Origin: Thermoplasmata archaeon | GTDB lineage: Archaea > Thermoplasmatota > Thermoplasmata > Lutacidiplasmatales > UBA184 | Direction of reading: 5' to 3' | Assembly: GCA_030038095.1 (NCBI GenBank) | Contig: JASHPK010000060.1 | Location: 24,799 to 88,798 of the forward strand | DNA length: 64,000 bases | Shown: in pieces, positions 35,901 to 44,576 of the stretch | Layout of the letters: the number at the start of each line of letters is the position of its first letter | Numbering within the stretch: the stretch's first letter is position 1 | Notes under the pieces: generated by a model | Databases searched by the model: none | The model's input: the letters and a program-made list of their open reading frames with translations, nothing else | What the model was told of the DNA's origin: nothing | Translations under genes and position numbers: made by a program

Positions 35901-37166
35901 ATGGAAATGCATGCCTTCGGGGCCCTCACCCCGGTCGAGGTGGCGCGCGGGCGACTGCTCCGGGCCGTCCGTCCGATCGACCGAGTCGAGCGGATCCCGG
36001 TCGAGGCCGCCTTCGGCCGGGTCGCGGCTCGCACCATCCGGGCCCCGATCCCGATTCCGACGTTCGCCCGCACGACCTGGGACGGCTACGCGCTCCGATC
36101 TGAGGATACCCACGGAGCCACGACCCGTGCGCCGGTCGACCTTCGCGTGGTCGGAGAGGTGTTCGCGGAGCAGTCGTTCCCCCGGGCGCTCCGCCGGGGA
36201 GAAGCGGTCGCGATCGCGACCGGGGGGGCGATCCCGCGGGGGGCCGATGCGGTCGTGATCTTCGAGGAGGTCGAGCGCGAGGGCTCGAAGGTCCTCGTGC
36301 CTCGCCCGATCCCGCGCGGCGACCGGGTCAGCCCCCCCGGCCACGACTTCGCTCGGGGGACCGTCCTCGCCCGTCGCGGTGAAGAGCTCAGCGCGGTCGC
36401 GCTCGGCGCGATCGCCGCGTGCGGCGTGCCGACGGTCCCGGTCTACGCCCGGCCGATCGTCGCCATCGTTCCCAACGGGAACGAGCTCCTGTCGCCGGGG
36501 GACCGACCCCGGAAGGGACGGATCTACGAGAGCAACAACGCGACGCTCGCCGCGATCGTGAGCGCCGCCGGGGCTACGGCCCGTACCGAGGCGCCCGTCC
36601 CGGATCAGCCGGAGCGGATCGAGCGGTCGCTCCGCGCGGCCCTTGCCTCGGCCGACCTCGTGCTCGCGACCGGAGGGAGCTCGGTCGGGGAACGGGACCA
36701 CCTGCCGCGCATCCTGCCGAAGTTCGGTCCGCTCCTGTTCCACGGCATCGCCGTGCGGGCCGGCAAGCCCACCCTCGCCGTCCGCGTCGGCCCGAAGCTC
36801 GTGATTGGGATGCCGGGTCATCCGACGTCGTGCCTCGTGAACATGTACTGGCTCGTGCTCCCCGTGCTCCGCAAGCTCGGACGGCGCTCGGGCCCCGGAT
36901 GGACCGAGGGGTGGGCGGTGCTCGGCAGCGACGCCGTCGCCGCGACGCCCGGTCTCGCCACGGTCGTCCCGCTCGAGTTCCGCGGTGACCGCGCGTACTC
37001 GACCTACCGGGGATCTTCGGTGATCACGAGCCTGCGCGGCGCGAGCGCGTACGCGATGCTACGACCCGGACAGCGGATCGTCCGGGCCGGCGCCCGGATC
37101 CGGGTCTACCACCTCGACCCACCGCTCGGTCCCGGCCGCATCGAGGCGGCGCGAAGGAACCGTTAA
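35901..37166 (+). CDS. moeA: Molybdopterin molybdotransferase
   Basis: DGYA, IATGG.IP.GADAV, GNEL, ESN, TGGSSVGERD, GKPT, MPGHP. Confidence 0.92.
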   Translation: MEMHAFGALTPVEVARGRLLRAVRPIDRVERIPVEAAFGRVAARTIRAPIPIPTFARTTWDGYALRSEDTHGATTRAPVDLRVVGEVFAEQSFPRALRRGEAVAIATGGAIPRGADAVVIFEEVEREGSKVLVPRPIPRGDRVSPPGHDFARGTVLARRGEELSAVALGAIAACGVPTVPVYARPIVAIVPNGNELLSPGDRPRKGRIYESNNATLAAIVSAAGATARTEAPVPDQPERIERSLRAALASADLVLATGGSSVGERDHLPRILPKFGPLLFHGIAVRAGKPTLAVRVGPKLVIGMPGHPTSCLVNMYWLVLPVLRKLGRRSGPGWTEGWAVLGSDAVAATPGLATVVPLEFRGDRAYSTYRGSSVITSLRGASAYAMLRPGQRIVRAGARIRVYHLDPPLGPGRIEAARRNR

Positions 37167-37189
37167 GCGCGCCCTGCCCATCGACGCCC

Positions 37190-38014
37190 GTGGGCCGGCA
37201 GGAGCTCCGGGTCGCGATCCTCGCCATCGAGGGCACGAACTGCGACGAGGAGCTCCGGACGGCGATCGCCGACCTGGGGGCCCGGCCCGAGATCGTCTAT
37301 CTCAAGCAGTTCGAGCAGCGCGACGTCGAACCAGGGGAGCGCCGCCGGCTCGCCGACTACCAGATGCTGCTCGTCCCCGGGGGCTTCTCGGCGGGGGACT
37401 ACGTCCGGGCCGGGGCGATCCTCGGCGCCCGCACGCGAGCTTCGCTCGGCCCGGACCTCGAGGAGTTCGTTCGGAGCGGCAAGATCGTGGGAGGGATCTG
37501 CAACGGCTTCCAGGTGCTGGTGGAGCTCGGCCTGCTGCCGGGGCGCCCGGGCGGCCGGCTCGGCCCGCCCGGGGCCGTGCTGATGGCGAACGACTCCGGC
37601 CACTTCGAGTGCCGACCCACGTTCGTCGCGTGGAACGGCGGGAACTTCCCCGCCCTCCGCGACGCGCCGCTCGGGACCCGCTTTCTGTTCCCCTCGGCGC
37701 ACGCCGAGGGGAAGCTCGTCCTCGGCGGGGGGAACGACCTTCGGGCGCTCGAGTCGAACGGCCAGATCCTCTTCCGCTGGGTGGCCCCGGACGGGTCTCC
37801 CGCGACCTATCCGTGGAACCCGAACGGCTCGCCGGGGGATCTCGCCGGCATCACGAACCCCGGGGGGAACGTCTTCGGGCTCATGCCGCACCCGGAGCGC
37901 TCGTTCTTCCATGCGCAGGCTCCGGATTGGACCCGGTCGGACGGGCCCTCGGGATACGGTGACGGGCACCGGTTCCTCGAGGCGGTGCTCTCCTACGCGG
38001 AGCGGAAGCTCTAG
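37190..38014 (+). CDS. purQ: FGAM synthase glutaminase subunit PurQ
   Basis: GTNCDEE, PGGFSAGDY, GICNGFQ, AHAEG, NPNGS, MPHPER. Confidence 0.94.
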   Translation: MGRQELRVAILAIEGTNCDEELRTAIADLGARPEIVYLKQFEQRDVEPGERRRLADYQMLLVPGGFSAGDYVRAGAILGARTRASLGPDLEEFVRSGKIVGGICNGFQVLVELGLLPGRPGGRLGPPGAVLMANDSGHFECRPTFVAWNGGNFPALRDAPLGTRFLFPSAHAEGKLVLGGGNDLRALESNGQILFRWVAPDGSPATYPWNPNGSPGDLAGITNPGGNVFGLMPHPERSFFHAQAPDWTRSDGPSGYGDGHRFLEAVLSYAERKL

Positions 38015-38616
38015 TCGACGTCGGGCCGAGTCCGGTCGATCGCGAGCCTCCAGGCGTCGAGTCGCTCCCCCTCGAGCGACCGCGACGCGACGACCTCGAT
38101 CGAGCCGCCGCGTTCGGACCACGCCCGCCGGATCTCCTCGAGGCCGGTCGGGGCCTGTCGGCTCGAGAAGACGACGTACGCGCTCGCCCCTGGGGCGAGG
38201 TGGGCCGGGAGTTGGGCGACGAGACGGCGGGCCACCGTGCAACCGTCCGGCCCTCCGTCGAGCGCGAGGTGGTGCCACGGGTCCGGGTCCTCGGTTCCCG
38301 GCGGGGTGGGCAGGTAGGGCGGGTTCGCAAGCACCCGGTCGAACCTTCCGAGGCCCGCGGCGAGATCCGTGCGCACGACCGAAACGGGAAGGCCCTCGGC
38401 CCGCGCGCGAGCCCTCAGGTGGCGCAGGGCCCAGGGGTTGAGGTCGGTGGCGACGACCCGCGCGCCGGCGCGACTCGCCTCGAGGGCGAGGAGCCCCGCC
38501 CCGGTCCCGATCTCGAGGAGCGACGAGCCAGCCGGAACGCGGGCGAAGGGGACCAGGAGGAACGTGTCCTCCCGAGGGGGATAGAACGATCCCGGAGCGG
38601 CGGAGGCCGGCGCCAT
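38011..38616 (-). CDS. HemK2/PrmC-like SAM-dependent methyltransferase
   Basis: YPPREDT, LEIGTGAG, DLNP, NPPYLP, DGGPDG. Confidence 0.88.
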   Translation of the reverse strand: MAPASAAPGSFYPPREDTFLLVPFARVPAGSSLLEIGTGAGLLALEASRAGARVVATDLNPWALRHLRARARAEGLPVSVVRTDLAAGLGRFDRVLANPPYLPTPPGTEDPDPWHHLALDGGPDGCTVARRLVAQLPAHLAPGASAYVVFSSRQAPTGLEEIRRAWSERGGSIEVVASRSLEGERLDAWRLAIDRTRPDVD

Positions 38617-38685
38617 CTCCGAGGCGGAGGGATGGTCTCTTATTCTTGCCACGCCTAGAACGGACGCTTCCTGGTGCTTTTCGTT

Positions 38686-39243
38686 ATGCCCCACCGGCTT
38701 TCCCCACCCGTGAAGATCGGGATCACGGGGCTCCCCGGGTCCGGCAAGACCCAGACGCTCCTGCGCATCATCGAGCTGCTCGAGGAGGAGGGCGTCGTCG
38801 TCGGAGGGATGGTGACCGAGCCGATCGTCGAGAAGCAGCGACGGACCGGCTTCCAGATCACCGACTGGCTCACGAAGGAGCACGAGGTGTTCGCGCACGA
38901 GGGCCTGAAATCGCGCATCCGCTCCGGCCGCTTCGGAGTGAACCTGGGCGCGCTCGAGGGCCTCGGCACGCGCGCGCTCACCGAGGCCCGCGAGTCGGCG
39001 GACGTGATCGTGATCGACGAGGTCGGCAAGATGGAGGTCGAGAGCGAGCCGTTCACGCAGAGCGTGCTCGAGACGCTCGACGCGAAGAAGTCGATCATCA
39101 TGACCCTCCACAAGAAATCCCGGAACCCCCTCCTGCAGGACATCCGACGGAGGGACGAGTTACGCCTGCTCGAGGTGACGCCGGTCAACAAGAACCTGCT
39201 CGCGTTCAAGATCGTCCACCTGATCACGGGGCGAGCCCACTAG
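38686..39243 (+). CDS. THEP1-type nucleoside triphosphatase
   Basis: ITGLPGSGKT, GGMVT, RTGF, VIDEVGKME. Confidence 0.92.
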   Translation: MPHRLSPPVKIGITGLPGSGKTQTLLRIIELLEEEGVVVGGMVTEPIVEKQRRTGFQITDWLTKEHEVFAHEGLKSRIRSGRFGVNLGALEGLGTRALTEARESADVIVIDEVGKMEVESEPFTQSVLETLDAKKSIIMTLHKKSRNPLLQDIRRRDELRLLEVTPVNKNLLAFKIVHLITGRAH

Positions 39244-39284
39244 TCGCGGCCCGCGAGGGCCGCACCGAGCTCCTCCTGCCTTCG

Positions 39285-40349
39285 GTGGTCCCCGGACCGG
39301 GGCCCCGGTCCCGTTCGGGGGTCTTCTACAATCCGGCGATGGCGGCCGATCGAGACCTCGGGGTGGCGTTCGCCGTCGCCTGGGCGGGGCCCGGCGGGGC
39401 GTCGCGCACCGGTTGGGAGGTCACCGCGGCGACGGGCGTTCGCGGGCTCCGTCTCCTCCACGAGAGCGGAGCGTTCCGATCGTTCCTCCTGACCGAAACC
39501 CATCCGGCCGCGTTCCGGGTGCTGGAGGCGAACGCGCACCGCGTCCCGGGCGCGACCCCGCGGCTCGCCGACGGGCGCGAGATCCCCGAGGGAGCGCCGT
39601 TCGATTTCGTCGACGTGGATCCGTACGGGACACCGGTCCCGTTCCTTCCGGCGGCGATCTCCGCGGTTCGGCCGGGCGGCGTCCTCGCGGTCACCGCGAC
39701 CGACATGATGGTCCTCGCGGGGGTGCAGCGCGGGGCGAGCGAATCGCGCTACGACGCGCGTCCCGTCCGGGGGCGTCTTGCGCCCGAGGGGGGACTGCGC
39801 ATCCTGCTGGCGTACCTGGCCCGGGTGGCCCGCACGCACGCCCGTCGGATCGAGCCGCTCCTCGCGTACGCGAAGGACCACTACGTCCGGGCCTACGTAC
39901 GGCTCCCGCCGGTAGCGACCGGGGTTCCGGACGACCCGGTCGGCCGGATCGATCCCGCCTACTGGGACGGACCTCGACTCGCGGGTCGGGGGCCGTATGG
40001 GCCGTTCTGGCTCGGCCCCCTCAGCGAGCCCGAGCTCGTCCGAGCCCTCCACCTCCCCCCCGGCGCGGCGCGGCCCCGGGAGGTCTCGGGCTTCCTCGAG
40101 CGCCTCCTCGAAGAGGCCGGGATCGACCGACCGTTCTACTACGAGCCGAACGTGCTGGCCGCCGAGCTGCACCTCGCCGCCCCGCCGTCGGTCGCCGTCC
40201 TCCGGGACGGCCTTCGCGCGGAGGGATACCGGGCGGGACGGACCCATGCGCGACCCGAGGGGATCCGGACCGATGCTCCCCGAGCGACCGTCGAGGCCGT
40301 CGCTCGAACGCTCGCCGCTCAGTCCCAGAACGCCCGGGTGCGGGCGTAG
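39285..40349 (+). CDS. trm1: tRNA (guanine-26 N2)-dimethyltransferase; start codon uncertain
   Basis: VFYNPAM...RD, ATGVRGLR, DVDPYGTP, VTATD, EGGLRILL, HYVR, GPFWLG, RTH...GIRTDAP. Confidence 0.88.
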   Translation: MVPGPGPRSRSGVFYNPAMAADRDLGVAFAVAWAGPGGASRTGWEVTAATGVRGLRLLHESGAFRSFLLTETHPAAFRVLEANAHRVPGATPRLADGREIPEGAPFDFVDVDPYGTPVPFLPAAISAVRPGGVLAVTATDMMVLAGVQRGASESRYDARPVRGRLAPEGGLRILLAYLARVARTHARRIEPLLAYAKDHYVRAYVRLPPVATGVPDDPVGRIDPAYWDGPRLAGRGPYGPFWLGPLSEPELVRALHLPPGAARPREVSGFLERLLEEAGIDRPFYYEPNVLAAELHLAAPPSVAVLRDGLRAEGYRAGRTHARPEGIRTDAPRATVEAVARTLAAQSQNARVRA

Positions 40350-43174
40350 GCGCGCTCCGCGCGCAAGATCTCCGTGAAGAAGGCGTCCTCGTCGCGGTAG
40401 TGGCGGGCGAGGAGCCGCCGGGCCGTCTCGGGGCCGACGCCCCGGGCGGCGAGGGCGAAGAGGGCGCGCTCCCCATAGTGAGCGAGCAGTTCCGCCGACG
40501 TGTAGCCGGCGCGGACCTGCGTCTCGGTCTCGGCCGGCAATGGAGGTTCCCGGCGCCGACCGCGGGGGGAGGCCGAACTCGCTCCTCGCTTCGGCCGCCA
40601 CTTGCGCTTCGCGTAGCGGCTGAGCCGCGCGATCTCCTCCGTCCGGCGCGGCGAGAGGACCGCCGAGAGCGAACCGTGGCAGAGGAGGCAACGGCTCCCG
40701 CCCTCCTTCCGGTACCGGGCGGGCGTCGTGGTCCGCGTGAACCCGCAGCGCAGGCAGACGAGCGTGAGCGGCTCCCGTTCGAGCCGCTCGCGCACCGCCT
40801 TCAGGAGCGTCGGCGGCGGGACTTCGGAGACCGCGCGCCAGCGCAGCCGCTCGAGCGGTCCGTCCGTCAGGGCGGAGCCCGGTACCGCGACGACCTCGAG
40901 GGCGCGGGTGCGTACCCGCTCGAGAACTTCGGCGGCGTGGGGCAGGTCGTACCGGTCGTGGAGCGTCTTCTCGAGCGCCTCCTCGCCGAGGGGGTTCGTC
41001 CGGCTCGCCTCGAGGAGCGGTTCGAGCGTGCGGAGATCTCGGGGGTCGGCCGAGGCGGGGATCACGCCGAGCTTTCGCGCCACGGCGAGGAACACCCAGC
41101 GGAAGTCGAGCCCGCTCGGCACGAGCCGCTCGACGAGCGGGGCGAGCGTCCCCGGATCGATCGAGAACGCGTCGCAAAGGGTCGCGTCGTCGACTGCGAT
41201 CGGCAGCTCGAGGACGAACCAAGTCGGTTCGACCGCCGCCACGTCGACCCGGGCGCCGAGCCGCGCGGTGAGCAGCCCGGCGGTCGCGATCGCGAGGGTC
41301 TCGTTCGTCCGCGTGCCGAAGCAGGCCCCGAAGACGACGAGCCGCCCGTGCGAAGTGATCGTGACCCGCCGGTCGGTGGGGAGGGACCGGGCCGCGATCG
41401 CGGCCTCGCGCCGGAGCGCAAGGCGGCGCCGGTCCTCGACCGGCATCGGGTAGTCGTCGAAGCGTCCGGAGTCGCGCATCCGGCCGATCTCCTGCGCCAC
41501 GTCGAACGGAACCGGGAGGTCCTCGCCCGCCCAGCGCGGTTCCTGGCCGATCTCCTGCACGGTCTCCACGAGAAGCTCCCCCTCCCGGTACTCCACGACC
41601 TTCCAGGTGCGGCCGTGGAGCAGGAAGATCTCCTCGGGCTGGGCGAGGATCTGGGTGAGCACGAACCGCTCGTCGAGCGTCCCGATAAGGCGGCGAGTCG
41701 CGATGTCCCGCAACCGGTAGGTCCGTTCGTCGGGGATCAACGAGAGCGAGGCATAGAACCGGTGGAGGGTTCCCCGACCCGGGGCGAGCCGGCCGGAGTC
41801 GACGCGCGCGAGCCCGAGGCCCACCAGGTAGTCGATCAGCTCGCTCCATTCCGCGTCCTTGAGGTCGGCGACCGCCGCCGCATGGCGCAGCTGGGTGACG
41901 AGCGGTCGGATCTCCGCCGTCCCCTCGGCCCGCAAGGTGGCGACGATCTGCTGCGCCGCCGCGAGCCGGTTGCGGGTGCGCCAGACGGCGGGCTCCACGA
42001 GGCCCTGATCGGCGCGTCGGGCAAGCACGGCCGCCTCCTCGAGATCGTCGTCGTCCAGCGCGAGCACCGTTCCGTGGATCGACTGGCCGAGCCGGTGACC
42101 GGACCGGCCGACGCGCTGCACGAGTCGACCGACCTGGTGGGGCGAGCCGAACTGGATGACGTGATCGACGCTGCCGATGTCGATCCCGAGCTCGAGGGAG
42201 GACGTCGCGACGAGCGCCCGCAACTGCCCGTCACGGAACGCGCGTTCCGCCTCCTCGCGCACCTCGCGAGAGAGCGATCCGTGGTGCACCGCGACCGCGA
42301 GGTCCGGCGCCAGCCGGCCGAGACGTGCCGCGAGCCCCTCCGCCGTGGGCCGCGTGTTCACGAAGACCAGCGTCGTCGTGTGCGCACGGATCTCCTCCTC
42401 GACCGCCCGGAGCCCCGCGAGGAGGACCGGATCGGCCTTCAGTTCTCGAACCAGGTCCGGGTCGAGGGGCTCCCGCTCCTCCGTCGGCCGATGCGCGCTG
42501 AGCTCGAGGACACGTCGCTGCTGGGCGGCCCGCACCTCGATCGTTCGGGGGGGCGGAGAAAGAAAGCGCGCGACCGCCTCCGGGTTCCCGACCGTGGCGG
42601 AGAGGCCGATGCGCCGCACGGTCCGGCCCGCGAGCGCGTCGAGGCGCTCGAGCGTGAGGCTCAGCTGGGCGCCCCGGTCGGAGCCCACGAGCTCGTGGAT
42701 CTCGTCGACCACCACCGTGCGCACCGAGCGCAAGGTCTCGCGCAGGCGGGGACCGACAAGCAGGAGCTGCAACGTCTCGGGGGTCGTCAGGAGCAGGTCC
42801 GGCGGATGCCGAGACTGCGCGAGGCGGGCGGAGGCCGGGGTATCCCCGTGGCGCACCGCCGCCGTGAGGCCGACCTCCTCGACGAGGGCGACGAGGCGAT
42901 GCTCGAGGTCACGGTTGAGCGCCCGTAGCGGGGTGACGTAGAGGATCGAGATCGGGGGGGACGGGTCGGCGAGGCGACGCGTGAGGAGCGGCAGGAGGAC
43001 CGCCTCGGTCTTTCCCGTCCCGGTCGGAGATAGGAGGAGCGCGTCGGCCCCGGTCGTGAGCACCGGGAGGGCGAGCCGCTGGATTTCGGTGAGCTCCCGG
43101 ATCCCGCGACGGCCGACCGCCGCGGAGAGGCGGGGGTCGATCCCGGGAATCTGCGGCGCGGCCTCCGCGACCAT
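40319..43174 (-). CDS. lhr: Lhr-like SF2 DEXH helicase with C-terminal Zn motif
   Basis: PTGTGKT, PLRALN, TTPETL, DEIH, SAT, HHGSLS, SSLELGID, QRVGRSGH, CLRC...CLLC. Confidence 0.92.
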   Translation of the reverse strand: MVAEAAPQIPGIDPRLSAAVGRRGIRELTEIQRLALPVLTTGADALLLSPTGTGKTEAVLLPLLTRRLADPSPPISILYVTPLRALNRDLEHRLVALVEEVGLTAAVRHGDTPASARLAQSRHPPDLLLTTPETLQLLLVGPRLRETLRSVRTVVVDEIHELVGSDRGAQLSLTLERLDALAGRTVRRIGLSATVGNPEAVARFLSPPPRTIEVRAAQQRRVLELSAHRPTEEREPLDPDLVRELKADPVLLAGLRAVEEEIRAHTTTLVFVNTRPTAEGLAARLGRLAPDLAVAVHHGSLSREVREEAERAFRDGQLRALVATSSLELGIDIGSVDHVIQFGSPHQVGRLVQRVGRSGHRLGQSIHGTVLALDDDDLEEAAVLARRADQGLVEPAVWRTRNRLAAAQQIVATLRAEGTAEIRPLVTQLRHAAAVADLKDAEWSELIDYLVGLGLARVDSGRLAPGRGTLHRFYASLSLIPDERTYRLRDIATRRLIGTLDERFVLTQILAQPEEIFLLHGRTWKVVEYREGELLVETVQEIGQEPRWAGEDLPVPFDVAQEIGRMRDSGRFDDYPMPVEDRRRLALRREAAIAARSLPTDRRVTITSHGRLVVFGACFGTRTNETLAIATAGLLTARLGARVDVAAVEPTWFVLELPIAVDDATLCDAFSIDPGTLAPLVERLVPSGLDFRWVFLAVARKLGVIPASADPRDLRTLEPLLEASRTNPLGEEALEKTLHDRYDLPHAAEVLERVRTRALEVVAVPGSALTDGPLERLRWRAVSEVPPPTLLKAVRERLEREPLTLVCLRCGFTRTTTPARYRKEGGSRCLLCHGSLSAVLSPRRTEEIARLSRYAKRKWRPKRGASSASPRGRRREPPLPAETETQVRAGYTSAELLAHYGERALFALAARGVGPETARRLLARHYRDEDAFFTEILRAERAYARTRAFWD

Positions 43175-43219
43175 CGGGCCACGCGGACTCTCGCGCCGCG
43201 AATAGACCTGTCGGGCCCC

Positions 43220-43657
43220 TTACGGGTTCGAAGGGGGGTCGAGATCGAGGATGCGGAGCCCCCAGCTCTCGTCGAGGGGTCGGCCGAAGGTGCGGCCGGG
43301 GAAGGTCTCGAGGACGACCTCCTGGAGCGCTCCGACGGTCGCCCGGATCAGGTGGCCGCCAATCAGCCGGTGATCCGGACCCGCGACGGCGCTGTGGAGA
43401 TGGATGGACGGGGCGCCTTCGGCCCGGGCGATGGTGCCGTGCAAGGCCACGACTTCGTGGGGCACCTCGATCTCGTGCGGCCGGTACTGATGGCCGTCCC
43501 AGTAGCCGAACGTGGCCTGTCGGAACATTCCGATGCCGAACAGCACCGCCCCCGCCCGGATCCCCTCGCGTTCGGCGAACGCGGCGAGGGTCGCGTGGAG
43601 GTCCTCGCCTTCGTCGAGGCGGAGGACATACTTCGAACCCTCCCGCACGGACTGCAT
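43220..43657 (-). CDS. PPC domain (DUF296) protein
   Basis: RLDEGED, GIG, EVVALHG, HLH, GGHL. Confidence 0.88.
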   Translation of the reverse strand: MQSVREGSKYVLRLDEGEDLHATLAAFAEREGIRAGAVLFGIGMFRQATFGYWDGHQYRPHEIEVPHEVVALHGTIARAEGAPSIHLHSAVAGPDHRLIGGHLIRATVGALQEVVLETFPGRTFGRPLDESWGLRILDLDPPSNP

Positions 43658-43739
43658 CGCGGCCGGCACGTCTCCCGCCTCTAAGGGGTTTCGCGGGGCA
43701 AAGGGTATGGAGCCCGCGGCCCTCAGTTTCCTCCGGTCC

Positions 43740-44576
43740 ATGTACGACGCCCCGGCGCGCGAGTATCCGTCGCCCCCCCGCCCGGAAGCGGAGCTCGTGG
43801 CGCGGATCGCGGCCGGGGGGCCGGCGCTCGTGGCGCTTTCGGGGGGCGTCGACTCTTCGGTCGTCGCGGCGCTGGCGCACGAGGCGCTCGGGTCTCGCGC
43901 GATCGCCGTGACCCTCGAGGGACCCGCCGTCGCGCGGGCCGAGGTGGAGCGGGCCCGGCGGGTCGCTCGGTCGATCGGCATCGGGCACACGGTGCTCTCG
44001 GTCGACCCGCTCGAGCGGGAGGAGTACCGGGCGAATCCGTCGGACCGGTGCTACTGGTGCCGGGCGGTCGAGACCACGCGTCTGCGCGCGTTCGGATCCC
44101 GGCAGCACGTCGTCCAGTACCTCGACGGGGTCCAGGTCGACGACCTCTCCGACGATCGGCCCGGACTGCGCGCGATGAACGAGGCCGGCTTCCTCCATCC
44201 GCTGGTATGGGGTGGTTGGTCGAAGTCGACCGTGCGAGACTCCGCCCGACGTCGGGGCCTTCCCAACTGGGACCAGCCTTCGGACGCCTGCCTTGCGTCC
44301 CGCGTCGCCCATGGGGAGCCGATCACTCCGGACCTGCTGCGTCGGATCGAGGCCGCCGAAGGCGTGCTGCTCGCGCTCGGGTTCCGACGCGTGCGGGTCC
44401 GGGTGTCCCGGGGGACCGCGCGGATCGAGGTCGGATCGGACGAGGTGGACCGCGCGGTGGCCGCCCCGCTCGCCGCGGAGATCGTCGGCGAGGTCCGCCG
44501 CTTCGGCTTCGACCGCGTGACGATCGACCCGCGGGGGTACCGGGGCGGTTCGCGGGAGCTCCCCGTGGTCCGATGA
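43740..44576 (+). CDS. larE: LarE-family ATP-dependent sulfur insertase (PP-loop)
   Basis: LSGGVDS, NPSDRCYWCR, DDLSDDRPG, SDACLASRV, RVRVR; start 43740 or 43707. Confidence 0.88.
   Translation: MYDAPAREYPSPPRPEAELVARIAAGGPALVALSGGVDSSVVAALAHEALGSRAIAVTLEGPAVARAEVERARRVARSIGIGHTVLSVDPLEREEYRANPSDRCYWCRAVETTRLRAFGSRQHVVQYLDGVQVDDLSDDRPGLRAMNEAGFLHPLVWGGWSKSTVRDSARRRGLPNWDQPSDACLASRVAHGEPITPDLLRRIEAAEGVLLALGFRRVRVRVSRGTARIEVGSDEVDRAVAAPLAAEIVGEVRRFGFDRVTIDPRGYRGGSRELPVVR

Noticed and set aside
39413-42928. Very long alternative-frame and antisense ORFs (1171 aa here; similar ones over uvrB, yyaL, thermopsin, flippase)
   Set aside because: Arg/Gly/Pro-rich shadow ORFs expected from stop-codon scarcity at about 70% GC; they overlap well-supported genes
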